Numbered from the stretch's first letter, positions 39,540 through 53,113 are shown. The stretch is 64,000 nt of DNA from Octopus sinensis (GCF_006345805.1 NW_021836148.1:99128-163127); one strand, 5' to 3'. Notes: generated by a model from the letters alone, not told the origin. Numbers and translations are program-made.

Positions 39540-39921
39540 TGAGCAGGCATGGCTGTGTGGCTACAACATCTGCTCCACAACCATTTGGTATACTTTTACT
39601 AATGCCTAGTGAGTGAAATGTGACTGATATAAACAGAGTGGACTTGGTAGACGGAAACTGAAAAAAGCCTGTCGTATATATGTATATATATATGCATGTG
39701 TGTGTATGTGTTTGTGTGTCTGTGTTTGTCTCCCTAGCATTGCTTGACAACCGATGCTGGTGTGTTTACATTCCCGTCACTTAGCAGTTCGGCAAAAGAG
39801 ACCCATAGAATAAGTACTGGGCTTACAAAGAATAAGTTCCGGGGTTGATTTGCTCGACTAAAGGCGGTGCTCCAGCATGGCCGCAGTCAAATGACTGAAA
39901 CAAGTAAAAGAGTAAAAGAGT
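39540..39921 (+). mobile_element. SINE family B (altered head)
   Basis: Family B body and GAGTAAAA tail. Confidence 0.85.
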
Positions 39922-39963
39922 ACCAAAGTCTGTTGTGTATATATTAGTGAATGTGTATGCATG

Positions 39964-40028
<65 letters not shown>

Positions 40029-40276
40029 AAGCATTTGTTACCATGTGTCTTTATATTGGCATTGTTTGAGTGACAGTGTATTGTGAATATCTCTCATAAA
40101 CAATACAGTCCAGTGTTTGGTAGTTTTTGTCAGTTTCATATAAAACACAGTAGAAGACATATTACCTTTGGAAACAAGTAAAGAATGGTAACTCAAAAGG
40201 TACATGGCCAGAAACTTACCATGTCAATATGCATTGCCCAACCCATGATAGTACACAAAAAGCAGTTGTTAAAATA

Positions 40277-40686
40277 GGTGCAGGAGTGGCTGTGTGGTAA
40301 GTAGCTTGCTAACCAACCACATGGTTCCGGGTTCAGTCCCACTGTGTGGCATCTTGGGCAAGTGTCTTCTGCTATAGCCCCGGGCCGACCAAAGCCTTGT
40401 GAGTGGATTTGGTGAGACGGAAACTGAAGAAGCCTGTCGTATATATGTATATATTTATAAGTGTGTGTGTATATGTTTGTGTCTGTGTTTGTCCCCTAGC
40501 ATTGCTTGACAACCGATGCCGGTGTGTTTACATCCCCATCACTTAGCGGTTTGGCAAAAGAGACCGATAGAATAAGTACTGGGCTTACAAAGAATAAGTC
40601 CCGGGGTCGATTTGCTCGACTAAAGGCGTGCTCCAGCATGGCTGCAGTCAAATGACTGAAACAATTAAAAGAGTAAAAGAGTAAAG
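40277..40686 (+). mobile_element. SINE family B
   Basis: Full-length match with (GAGTAAAA)n tail. Confidence 0.92.
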
Positions 40687-40987
40687 AAGATGGTGGTGGT
40701 GTTGCTGGTGGTGGTGGGATGATGATAACAATGATGACAAATACGACAGCAGTGATATGGACGAGTTTGATGACAATGTCAGTGATATGAAATAAGTTAA
40801 CACTAATATAATTCAATTCTTGTTGTTTTTATGTGGATTAGCACCTCTGAGTAATTAACACCAGTAATTTGTTCTTACCACAGATTATTATTATCAACTC
40901 ATCCACAAAGAGTTCACTGATGTTCTTCAATTCTAATTATTAGAAGGCTTATTTAAATAAGGGCTTCTATATCAGTGTGATACATAT

Positions 40988-41376
40988 CTTTACTCTTTTA
41001 CTTGTTTCAGTCATTTGACTGTGGCTATGCTGGAGCACCAACTTTAGTCGAGCAAATCGACCCCAGGAGTTATTCTTTGTAAGCCTAGTACTTATTCTAT
41101 TGGTCTCTTTTGCCGAACCACTAAGTTACGGGGACGTAAACACCAGCATCGGTTGTGAAGCGATGTTGCGGGGACAAACACACACATACATATATATACA
41201 TATACATATATACGATGGGTTTCTTTCAGTTTTCGTCTACCAAATCCACTCACAAGGTTTTGGTCGGCCTGAGGCTATAGTAGAAGACACTTGCCCAAAG
41301 TGCCATGCAGTGGGATTGAAACTGGAACCATGTGGTTGGTAAGCAAACTACTTACCACACAGCCACTCCTGCACCT
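40988..41376 (-). mobile_element. SINE family B
   Basis: Full-length reverse-strand match. Confidence 0.92.
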
Positions 41377-42240
41377 ATCTGTTGAGGTCAATTAATAAAT
41401 TCGTTGTTAAAAGTGTGTTCACTAATTCTATGACTTCAATTAGTTTTCCTGGATATTCCTTTTTTCTACAGTAGCACATATTCTCTTAATGTATGCTATC
41501 AAATTCTAGTTTCTGAATTTCTTCATTTCTTTTCTCTATGAGTCATTTCATTCCATCTCTCAAAGACATTCAAAAATGTTTGAACTCTATCTGTAGTATT
41601 TAAACTACAATATTCTCCTGATTTACTGTTATTCCAACAAAAACGTTATTCCAGCAGTTAACAGTCATTTCAATATAAATAAAGCAGGAACACCAATACC
41701 TTGTCCTTAGAGGATTTTAGTGGAATCTGATCTGTTGCAAGCATTGAGAGCCAGATCTCAGACTGAGGATAACTTTCTTCATTCCTTTCATCAATTTCAA
41801 GAAGTTTGAAAAGTGATTTGGGTGCTGGCTTTTCTCCTTTGACCAAGTCACTCATTTTTTGGCATAAAGGGGTCCTAGTTTACATTCATTAATTTATAGA
41901 TGATGGAAATAAAACATATACTGTTCACACTCTTATGATAACTGGCAAAGGAAATTATTGTTCCATTAGAATTCTTTCTTGTTAGTGGTTTGACTGAAAA
42001 TGGTTGGAAGTAAGTTCAGAATTAAACAGTTCTGTGAAAGAAGTGTTTAGTAAAGTGCTTAGTGCGAAATTTAAGAGTTGAGACATAATTGATTTGCAAG
42101 GCAGAAGTTATTGTGGTATCAAGAGAAGATACGGTAAAAAACATTTAGATTCATAACCAAAATCTTAAAAGTTCATTCTTTTATTCACCTGGATTCAAAT
42201 TCAAGCCCATTGCACCAGACCTTGTGCCAATATTTTCAGT

Positions 42241-42560
42241 GTCCCTTCATTTTAACTTGACAAAACCTTAACAAGGACCTCGGTTGTTTCCATGACAACT
42301 CGTCAATCCACTCCGGATATCTTCGTGACCTCCGTGACAGTGTGCGTGTTCTGCTTTTATGTGTATATGTGTTGTGGAATATAGATATAACGAAATGATG
42401 CCAGCAAAAAGTCTTGCATATTTGTTCTTACCTGCTTCATGTGTGTATGTAAAATCCGCAAATTTTTGGAGGTCATGAAGATATCCGAAGTGAATTGTTG
42501 AGTTGTCACAGAAAGAACCAAGGTCTTGTTATGGTTTTGTCGAGTTAAAACGAAGGAACG
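42241..42560. mobile_element. Foldback/MITE with imperfect inverted arms of about 92 bp
   Basis: 42241-42332 pairs with 42468-42560 (CCTTCATTTTAACTTGACAAAACC...GATATCTTCGTGACCTCC / GGAGGTCATGAAGATATC...GGTTTTGTCGAGTTAAAACGAAGG). Confidence 0.8.
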
Positions 42561-44754
42561 CCATGTTTTCTACCAACAACTTGATTAAATCTTTGTAGAC
42601 AAAACTGAAACTGTGGAAGCCAGTTCAATGAACTCTATGTTAAGAGCGCAAATTTGCATAAAAATGCAGTGCTTACATACTTACACTAAAACATGAAAAG
42701 ACTGATCTTGTATTTACCAGTCTCTCTTTCAAATGATTAATATACTAATGCTAGGAGTTGAGAATTGTCTAAACATCAACAATAAAGAAATATTTTGCAT
42801 TTTAGAATATTAATTACCTACCTACTTAACAGTGAAATGAAATTCAAAATTAATCAAAGAAAAAAGTATACATGTGAGAGAAATGCAGATGCAAGTGGCT
42901 AGTGAAACTCAGAACATCCGTGTTGATGCCTCAGTATTATATTTACTACTATATAATATTTAGTATGCATTTTATTTTACAAAACCGAATTTCAAAGATG
43001 TCATTAAATTAACATTCATAGGAGTAATATCTATTGCAAGACATTAAATTTGATTTGCATTTGAGGAAGATATTATTTTGTTATGATTAGTATATTAAAT
43101 ATAATTTATCTTTTAGCCTTGTTTATATTCATTCATTACATTTGTCTTATTCGACAACTTCAAGTCTCTTTCTATTTATTTTGTTATATTTCTTTGTATC
43201 GTTTACAAGTATTAAATCTTAGTCTGTTTGTCTTCAGACATCAACAGTATTTCTTAACAATTTTTTTCCTACAATTTTCACACAACTATACAATCATTCC
43301 AGAATAATTCATGAAGATAAACATCCCATGTGTAAGGCCTAAGGATCCTCTGAGGAGGCAAAACAGAAAAGATTCAAGAAAAGAGGCTTTGAAACACTGA
43401 TTGTAATGGAGTCGTAGTAGAAGAGGAATATTAATGATGTACAAAACATCGCCACTTTATGACATCAAACTCTGCCTCTTCCTCCTTCAGTTTCTCTTTA
43501 CTTTCTGGAGAGAAACTTTCTTCACCTTGCCTCTCCTACATATTCAACAGACACATGCACACATTTTTTTCTCAAATCTCTTTCCTATGTCAATATAATC
43601 ATTATCCAGCTGCCCTTCTTGGATCTTGGAGTTAGCTTGTCAAGACTATCTAGCTCCTTCTGTGTTACACTGCTTGCATATAACAAACCAAACTCTTGTT
43701 TCCAGACTATTCCTTGATGTTCTCAGCCCACGAACATCCTCAACTGCCTCCTACTCTCTTCCTCTTTATAAATCCTGTCAGGATGATCTTCGGTGTCTAA
43801 ATTATGACACCTTCGTAGCATTGATTCTTAACAATAGGCATTTATAAATCTTCAGTTTTTCAAGTTCTACATTTGTTACTCTATCTTTCCATCTTGTCCT
43901 GCCCCGATCTGTGAAAGACCCACATCATGAAGGCTTGTCTTTTCCATTGTCCAAGTTTCTATCCTATAGAGGACAATTGTTATAATATAACAATTTACTG
44001 CCTCAATTGTTATGTGCACAGTTATGCCTTCAGAGATGAAGAAGATTATCATTCTTATAAATGGTGTTCTGGCCTTATTTATCCCCGAGTAACTTCTAGA
44101 CAGCAGCCTTCTTGATTTTTATTATTATTACTAAATACTTGACATTTTTTATTTGTCCAAGTTTCTGTCTGCATATTTTTATTTGCTTATCTTAGTCCTG
44201 TCTTATTACTTGTGTGTGTATGTGTGTGTGTGTGTGTAGACAATATGTATTGGAAATTATTAAGATTGAAATTATTAAGATTCTGAAATTATTAAGATTC
44301 TTCATTTAGAATCATATATTTGAAAAAAAGCATGCGACATCAAATTCCACAGTAATTCGAAAATAATTTATACTTTAAATTATTTCACAGATAAATTTTT
44401 TCATAATTTCTTTATATTAGTAAAATAGTCAGACATTATGCTTTATGAGTTATATTGTTAATTCTTACAATATTTGATATATATAAGGTGGTGCTCCAGC
44501 ATGGCCATAATCATATGGCTGAATCAAGTAAGAGAATAAAAGAAATACATGTATTTGTGTCTGTGTATATTTGTCCATGTATATATATGCGATTATAGGT
44601 GTGTGTGTATGTGTGTGTACAAATATTGAAGGGTATGTTTTGATGCAATACGCTTTACAAGAATTTTTACTCAGGTAAAATGTTCAACTCCTAAATCCAT
44701 TTTTAGATTGTTATGGAAAGGAGTCATGATATCTTGATATTTTGGCCACATTAA

Positions 44755-44970
44755 GGCAGCGAGCTGGCAGAAATGTCAGCACAGTGGGCAAAATGCTTAG
44801 CGGTATTTTATCTGTCTTCACGTTCTGAGTTCAAATTCTGCCGAGGTCGACTTTGCTTTTCATCCTTTCGGGGTCAATAAATTAAGTTCCAGTTGCATAC
44901 TGGGATCGATCTAATCAACTACACTCCACTCCCCCAAAATTTTGGGCTTTGTGTCTAGAGTAGGAAAGAA
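44755..44970 (+). mobile_element. SINE family A with alternative 3' tail
   Basis: Family A head and body. Tail CCCCCAAAATTTTGGGCTTTGTGTCTAGAGTAGGAAAGAA resembles 22090-22136. Confidence 0.88.
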
Positions 44971-45339
44971 TATTTTGGACACATTTAATACATGTGTTGT
45001 GATAATGCAAAATAATTCTTATGTAATTACTTGAAACACGAGTATTAAATGCTTTCAAAATATCATCTTGGTTTTTGTCTTTGCTATGTATTACATGCAT
45101 ATGTATATCCATATAATATAATGTATATCCATATAATATAATGTAATATATAATACAAGATATATGCATGTAATATAGTTTGTGTGTGTTTATGTGTGTA
45201 TATGTATGCAAATATAATTATATACAAATGAATTTCATAAAAAGTTACTATAAGTTAAGTAAGATATTTTTTAAAAAAAGGAACTCTCTGCATATCAGTA
45301 CATTGAAAAAACCAAGTTCCTTAGTTATTTTATATACTA

Positions 45340-45848
45340 CTAGCAGTATCGCCCGGCGTTGCTCAGGTTTGTAAGGGAAATAACTATATAAGCATTTTTA
45401 GAGAGTTACTTCCCTTATAGATGCCAATTCGGGCTTTCTTAGCCATTCTGTTTTGGTGTCTTCAAGCCATGAAGTCGTTGTTCTAAAAGAACGCTGGTCT
45501 CCTTGACAACACTTTACGACGTTGATTCCTTACACTCCCTTCCCCACAGCTTCACGAGGGAGGGAAGAAGGGGGAGAAGCAAACAGGTGCAGTGTGACCA
45601 TGGACGCCAACTCCGCCACCATCGACACACGAAAAATTATGCATTAAAATGGAATAAAAAATGATGTTAAATTATTTTTAAAATCGTAGACTCATCGTAG
45701 ACGCGTGCTAATACACAGACGGGCTCGATATGAATCACGACTATGAGATACCCGAATTTGGTTAAACTGCACCGCAAAATGTGGAGTAGTTAGGAATCTA
45801 AATCGAAGGGGACAGACACTCACACAACTACAGTTTTATATATATAGA
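45340..45848 (-). mobile_element. Non-autonomous Helitron (second copy)
   Basis: Same TC...hairpin-CTAG termini between A and T as 30497-31029. Confidence 0.85.
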
Positions 45849-45887
45849 TAAATTATAGTATACTATAAATTTTATATACTATAAATC

Positions 45888-46147
45888 CTCCGCATTGATG
45901 ACATGTAAAAAGCACCAACTGATCATGGCCATTTGCCAACCTCCTCTGGCCCCTGTGCTGGTGGCACATAAAAAGCACCCACCACACTCACAGAGTGGTT
46001 GGTGTTAGGAAGGGCATCCAGCTGTAGAAACACTGCCAGATCAGACTGGAGTCTAATGCAGCCTCCTGGCTTCCCAGACTCTGGTCGAACCGTCCAACCC
46101 ATGCTAGCATGAAAAAAGGATGTTAAACCATGATGAGGAAGAGGAGG
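45888..46147 (+). mobile_element. Family E retroposon in the left foldback arm
   Basis: Family E match. AAATC is duplicated on both sides. Confidence 0.82.
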
Positions 46148-46367
46148 AAATCAATTAGCCCATTGGAGAATTAGTAAATTGGTCAGAATTAGTAAATGTA
46201 ATTTGTAAATCAAATGAACATTGTTATCAGCAATATTTCTATGCTACCCAAATTCCCTGTAAGTTAGTCCTCAGGTTAGCTTTGATCCTAGGTCAGCTTA
46301 ATCAAGGCTAACCTGCAGGCTGACTTACAGGAAATTTAGGTAGCATAAAAATATTGCTGATGACAAT

Positions 46368-46597
46368 TACTCTTTACTCTCTTTACTCTTTTACTTGTTT
46401 CAGCCATGTGACTGTGGCCATGCTGGAGCACCGCCTTTAGTCAAGCAAATCAACCCCAGGACATATTCTTTGTAAGCCTAGTACTTATTCTATCAGTCTC
46501 TTTTGCCGAACGGCTAAGTTACGGGGACGTAAACACACTAGCATTGGTTGTCAAGTGATGTTGGGGGTGTGGGACAAACACAGATGCACAAACATAT

Positions 46598-46647
<50 letters not shown>

Positions 46648-46770
46648 TTATATATATATATATATATATACATATATACGATGGGCATCTTTCAGTTTCT
46701 GTCAACCAAATTCATTCAGAAGGCTTGGTCGGCCTGAGGCTATAGTAGGAGACACTGCCCAAGGTGCCAT
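46368..46770 (-). mobile_element. 5'-truncated SINE family B in the right foldback arm
   Basis: Reverse-strand family B, head missing. Confidence 0.9.
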
Positions 46771-47116
46771 CTTCATTTGATTTACAAATTACATTTTCTA
46801 ATTCTGACTAATTTACTAATTCTCCAATGGGCTAATTGATTTATAGTATATAAAATAACTAAAGCACTTAGTTTTGTCAGACCTATGATCAAGGGCATTC
46901 TAGTCATGACTGTCCCATCGATTTTTCAGCCATCTTCCACCTTGAACTGCATTACAATGTGTCACATTAAAGACTGCAAGGTGAGATTTGTGGGAGATTT
47001 CACTATGATTACTAAAAGACTGAGAAAATATATGAAGTTACTCAAAGTTAAACAGGCTATAAATAAAACTATAGACTTGAGATATAGATGGGAAAATAAT
47101 CAGACATAAACAGTCA

Positions 47117-47550
47117 GGCGCAGGAGTGGCTGTGTGGTAAGTAGCTTGCTAACCAGCCACATGTTTCCGGGTTCAGTCCCACTGCGTGGCATCTTAGGCA
47201 AGTGTCTTCTGCTATAGCCTCGGGCCGACCAATGCCTTGTGAGTGGATTTGGTAGATGGAAACTGAAAGAAGCCTGTCGTATATATGTATTATAATATAT
47301 ATATATATATGTATGTGTTGTGTATTGTTTGTGTGTCTGTGTTTGTCCCCCTAGCATTGCTTGACAACCGATGCTGGTGTGTTTACGTCCCCGTCACTTA
47401 GCGGTTTGGCAAAAAAGACCGATAGAATAAGTCCTGGGCTTACAAAGAATAAGTCCCGGGGTCGATATGCTCGACTAAAGGCAGTGCTCCAGCATGGCCA
47501 CAGTCAAATGACTGAAACAAGTAGAAGAGTAAAAGAGAGTAAAGAGAGTC
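47117..47550 (+). mobile_element. SINE family B
   Basis: Full-length, with AGTCA on both flanks. Confidence 0.92.
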
Positions 47551-47806
47551 AGTAATATTAGTACAACTTTGCAGAATTCTACAGTAATGCTGTTTATACA
47601 GTTAATACAATTATATTAAATTTCAATGTATTCAAATTACACAAATAACACTTATTCCACTGGATTATTTATTAAGTATTCTAGCTTTGTTTAGTTCGTA
47701 GATAGTCTCATTCTTTGTATTTTATCAAGAATCCTTATTATTCTGTATAGCTTCATATAATTCTTTGTTTCCCTACGATATATATATATATATTATTTAT
47801 AGAAGG

Positions 47807-47857
47807 AGCTTCTACAGGACTAGAACTGTTTCATTCAAATGAAATCATCAGGAAGCT
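47807..47857 (-). ncRNA. Complete type I hammerhead ribozyme motif followed by an inverted partial copy
   Basis: Minus strand: AGCTTC-CTGATGA-T-TTCA tt TGAA-T-GAAACAG-ttctagtc-CTGT-A^GAAGCT. 42-bp inverted repeat at 47796-47837 / 47857-47898. The element (about 47793-47972) sits in (TA)n. Confidence 0.82.
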
Positions 47858-48724
47858 GAATGAAACAGTTCTAGTCCTGTAGAAGGTCCTTCTATAAAAT
47901 AAATTAATTTACTCTGTTATGTATTGAGTACCTTATTACTGTGGTTAACCCAACTCAAACCCGGGACCTACATATATATATATATATATGTTTACTTCAG
48001 AACAAACAGTAAAAGGTTGTCATTATAGTACACAAAGTATATATATATATATACGTATGTATGTATACATATGTATATATATATATAATATATATATATA
48101 TATATACATATATACATATATATACGGATGTGTGTGATTGTTATAGAAGAATATATTAATAAAAGGAATTCCAGCCTTGTCTGATTTTCACGTTTTATTT
48201 ACAATCTTATAATGATATAAGATAATATATTATAATAAAATAAAATAAAATAATAGAATATTAAATGTTCATTCTGATTGAACTAGTACTTTCATGCATT
48301 AAATTCTGCAATCTTCAGGTTCATGAAGTAGTGGTGACAGTCATGCTTCACAATTTTATGTATGTATACATAAATATATATGTATGTAAATATGTATATG
48401 TGTGTGTATATATATATGTATACACACACACACACACATATATACATATTCATATACATATATAAGTATTATATGTATAAATATATATCACATCCACTTT
48501 TCCATAGTCGCATCAGTCTGAGGGAATTTGTTGTGGCAGATTTTTCTATGGCCAGATGTCTTTCCGTTGCCAAACATCACCAGTTTACAAGCAAAGTAAT
48601 ATTTTCCCATGGCCAGATATGCTTTGCACAGAACATTGGAAATGAACGACATCACTTTTATGATAGATATTCTCATTCACAGCAATCTTGTGACGTCTAA
48701 GACAAGGACACACACATGTATATA

Positions 48725-49372
48725 TACTCTTTACTCATTTACTTGTTTCAGTCATGTGACTGCGGCCATGCTGGAGCACGACCTTTAGTCAAGCAAATCG
48801 ACCCCCAGGACTTATTCTTTGTAAGCCTAGTACTTATTCTATTGGTCTCTTTGGCTGAACTGTTAAGTTACGGGGACGTAAACACACCAGCATCGGTTGT
48901 CAAGCGATGTTGGGTGGACAAACACAGACACACAAACATATACACACACATACATATATATACATCGGCGAGCTGGCAGAAACGTTAGCATGCCGGGCAA
49001 AATGCGTAGCCGTATTTCATCTGTCGTTACGTTCTGAGTTCAAATTCCGCCGAGGTCAACTTTGCCTTTCATCCTTTTGGGGTCGATAAATTAAGTACCA
49101 TTTACGCACTGGGGTTGATGTAATCGACTAAATCCCTTTGTCTGTCCTTGTTTGTCCCCTCTGTGTTTACCCCCTTGTGGGTAGTAAAGAAATATATATA
49201 TATACATATATATGACGTGCTTCTTTTCAGTTTCCGTCTACGAAATCCTTTCACAAGGCTTTGGTCAGCCTGAGGCTATAGTAGAAGACACTTGCCCAAG
49301 GTGCCATGCAGTGGGACTGAATCCAGAACTATGTGGTTCATAAGCAAGCTACTTACCACACAGCCACTCCTA
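48725..49372 (-). mobile_element. SINE family B carrying a nested SINE A
   Basis: The two halves of B flank a plus-strand A copy inserted in B's internal microsatellite. Confidence 0.9.
48966..49195 (+). mobile_element. SINE family A nested in SINE B
   Basis: Full family A match. ATATATATACAT occurs on both sides. Confidence 0.9.
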
Positions 49373-49438
49373 TTCCTATATATACATATGTATATATATT
49401 AATTTAAATGTACAGTATTATATATCCATTATGGCCGA

Positions 49439-49519
49439 TCTTACAGATCAGTTTCACACTAGACGCTCAACAGAGTGTTAGGTAACAGTCCAAATATGTA
49501 ACCCTGTACTCATCAGATG
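49439..49519 (-). ncRNA. Hammerhead-like motif with long (~55 nt) stem II insert, in repeat 49410-49565
   Basis: Minus strand: CTGATGA-GT[...]GT-GAAAC-TGATCT-GT-A^AGA. Homologous to 55603-55683. Confidence 0.5.
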
Positions 49520-49715
49520 TAGCTGTTATGGAATGAAATATGATGACTGCTCTTTATTGTTGGCGATTTATAGGCCCATTTGGTTTGTGGTAGTTGTCTG
49601 ACCCATGCAAGCATGGAAAGTAGATTGTAAATGAAGTAGATATATATACACTTGCACCCCACACTCACATGTGTGCATAAAATATCTTTTTGTAAGAAGC
49701 TGCTAAATGTTAATG

Positions 49716-49960
49716 GTTATATAAATAATATTATATAACATATTAAGTAGAAATCTCCCTTAGCCAGAACAAAGTGGACAGAATCACCACGGGAATTGAA
49801 CCACAAGTCTGCAGATTACTGCTGGCTGTGATGCATTACACCAAGCAGAATCCATTTAGTAATCTATAGACACATTGTTCGTTTCCCTTAGGTAATTCTG
49901 TCCACTTTTCTATCTAAGGAATATTTTACCCGATATATTATGAGCCGCTATTTATAACTT
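49716..49960. mobile_element. Degenerate inverted repeats enclosing a tRNA-like sequence
   Basis: CCTTAGCCAGAACAAAGTGGACAGAATCACC pairs with GGTAATTCTGTCCACTTTTCTATCTAAGG. Between them, on the minus strand, lie TGGTGTAATG (A box-like) and GGTTCAATTCCC (B box). Confidence 0.55.
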
Positions 49961-50409
49961 CGTTTGTATTTAAGAAGATTCAGAAAAAGAACTTTTGTTT
50001 TTCAAATTCCTCAATAATTCCAACCGTAATACACCCATACACTCAAATACACACACATGCATTCACAACAATATATTACACACACGTACACTCACAAACA
50101 CACACATACCTCTTCACACACATGCACATACATTCTCTTACATACAAAGACACATGTATTCATATACATGCATATGCACACACTTTTGCTGTTTGATAGA
50201 CATTAATTCCTGACAGTTTGACATAGTATCAGTTATGCAACTTGTATTCTAAGTGGTTAATGCCTTCCACAGTTTACACACATATCTAAATGCTCATCCA
50301 CAGGCATACTCACATACATACACATTGCTTTCTTTCTTTCTTTCTCTCTCACTCCCGCTTTCTTCTCTTTGCCCTCTCTCTCTCTACACACACACATACA
50401 TACACACAA

Positions 50410-50447
<38 letters not shown>

Positions 50448-50477
50448 AGTATGTATATACATATGTGTGTATAGATT

Positions 50478-50512
<35 letters not shown>

Positions 50513-51199
50513 GTATGTGTATATATATATATGTATATATATGTATGTGTATATATATATGTATGTATATATATATGTGTATGTATGTATATATATATAG
50601 ATATATGTATGTATATATATATGTGTGTGTGTGTATATATACATATATATATATGTGTGTATATATATATGTATATATATGTATGTATGTATATGTATAT
50701 ATATGTGTGTATATGTATATATATATATTTATATACATATATATACATCATCATCATTGTTTTTGTATTGGCTTTATCCATGCTAGCATGGATAAAGGCA
50801 AGACCTCTTGAGGCAGTATTCAGTGGGTGAATGTTTGTTCTGACCTGAAACCTTGTTTTTCAAGTAAGGTGCTTTATTCCTTGTCTTTGCACATTGAATC
50901 ACCACTATGCGGGTATGGATTGTTTATACTGAACATAAAGGAACATTACCACTGATCAAACAGAGCCAATATGAAGACAAGGAGAGACAAACATGCACAC
51001 ACACACACACACACATATATATGCACATGTACATAAATGTGCATACGTACACCTACGTCCATTTGTATATACATGAGACATTTTACTGTATCTCTCAACA
51101 AATTTCACCAAGAAGAACTGTACAATACACTTGCTTAAGAGGTCATGCAGTGAAATCAATCCTGAATACACATGGTTGCAAAATGTGATGTGCATGTGT

Positions 51200-51237
<38 letters not shown>

Positions 51238-51242
51238 CACAC

Positions 51243-51293
<51 letters not shown>

Positions 51294-51302
51294 TATATAT
51301 AT

Positions 51303-51879
51303 ATTCGGTAAAATTTTGTTTATTTCAGTTGTTTTGACCGCATTGGTCCCTCTTTAGCGTGTGGTATCTACGAATAGTAGTACCCTCAATATAATATAAA
51401 TAAATATTTTCAAAGTGGAAAAATTTACGGATTTTTTCTCTTACGAGGTTTTTCACGCTAACTACTGATAATTTCTTTTAAAGATTTTATCCTCAATTAT
51501 TAATTTATATTTTTCACCGGAATAGTTCAATACTGAATTTTTATTCCGAGTAAGCAATTTGTTACCGAAATGCATTGCGAATAAGCCCGCCATTTTCATA
51601 GATATGTAAAGATAGACATTCGTACTTGCTACGACGGTTGGCTATCGAGCTTGTAACGCTATGTTTTTTCTTATATATCTTGAGTTTGTTGCACTGATAA
51701 ACATAGAATGCATATTCTGCATTAATTGCGAAATCACAGGTGATATATAACTAAATTCTTTTTTTAAATGATTTGCTTTGAAATTTTGCATTCGGTAAAA
51801 TTTTGTTTATTTTAGTAGTTTTGACCGCATTGGTCCCTCTTTAGTGTGTGGTATCTACGAATAGTAGTCCCTCAATATA

Positions 51880-51887
<8 letters not shown>
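51303..51887. mobile_element. 585-bp element with ~98-bp direct terminal repeats, in (TA)n
   Basis: 51303-51400 is repeated at 51790-51887 with few differences. Confidence 0.85.
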
Positions 51888-51916
<29 letters not shown>

Positions 51917-51989
51917 TGTAATATATGATATAATTATAAACAGGGCAAATTTTAGCCATTTCTCTGCAGGCTGAAAAAGTTATGAACGA

Positions 51990-52030
51990 CTTTAATCGAT
52001 TTTCGAACCTTATTGGGTTCTCATCAGAGG
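51990..52030 (-). ncRNA. Minimal type I hammerhead ribozyme motif
   Basis: Minus strand: CCT-CTGATGA-GAACC caataa GGTTC-GAA-AATCGATT-A^AAG. Palindromic stem III, imperfect stem I. Confidence 0.75.
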
Positions 52031-52475
52031 CATCTACCTTATTCTAGCAGTCTCCAGAGAAACAAGCAGCCAAACTGTTTATATACTCAACAAATGCAGC
52101 AGTTACTCTATGAAAGAGACCCTACTTTGCATACCGATAGAGTTTAACACTCTATAAACACCAGCGGTCTGTCAACTACTAGCTATCTACTAGCACAAAT
52201 CAGTCAATGTGTTGACTGAATTATATATAAAGCTACAAGCTTTATTTAGATCGTTCAGAGTTGCCTCTTTTAGGTACATCTCATTGACAAGAGTCCATAA
52301 ACTCGAAACATCGATGTCAGATATTCCCGAGAGATGGCGACCCTGAACAAACAGGGTGTTTTCACTCCTTTTTACCATAAGAGAGATTTTTCTCCATGAT
52401 AACTGCAGTGTATTTGTCTCAGAATTTGAAATACGTGACAAACACATTTCAACTAACCTAAATAGTGATTATATA

Positions 52476-52517
<42 letters not shown>

Positions 52518-52576
52518 AGAAAAAAGCAGCAAGAATGGATTAGTTGTTCAGTACAATTGTTTCATACGAAGAATAG

Positions 52577-52615
<39 letters not shown>

Positions 52616-52845
52616 CATATGAGAGGGATAATCACTATGTGGACACCCTTGTGCTAGAAGTAGATCCGCTATGGTCTTACCACTAACAAATATTCTCAAG
52701 AAAAATTCAGCAAGCAACCAAAACGTTATCGAGGAAGACAAAAGAAAAGCAATAAAAATATGGATTATTCACATACATGTTTCACTATTACCATATTACG
52801 TAATTTTGCTTAGTGCTATATTTAAGAGACGAGGAATTATGTACA

Positions 52846-53062
52846 TTATTTACATTTGACAGATATTTGTCCTCATCTTAATTGTTGTTAACACAATGTT
52901 TCGGCTGATATACTCTCCAGCCTTCATCAGGTGTCTTGGGGAAATTTCAAACCTGGGTTCTCATTCCTTAGGTATTTTTCGATGTTATTATTATTATTAT
53001 TTTATTATTATTTAGGTCACTGGCAATGACCTAAATAATAATACTACTACTACTACTACTAC

Positions 53063-53113
<51 letters not shown>

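Larger units (their letters stand above)
45869..46856. mobile_element. Foldback hairpin element with a retroposon inserted in each arm
   Basis: Left arm 45869-45887 + 46148-46290 pairs with right arm 46300-46367 + 46772-46856. Confidence 0.85.

Noticed and set aside
51320-51362. Hammerhead-like CTAAAGA-G-GGACC..GGTC-AAAAC on the minus strand of the direct repeat
   Set aside because: Both core halves deviate and no stem I or stem III closure is visible.
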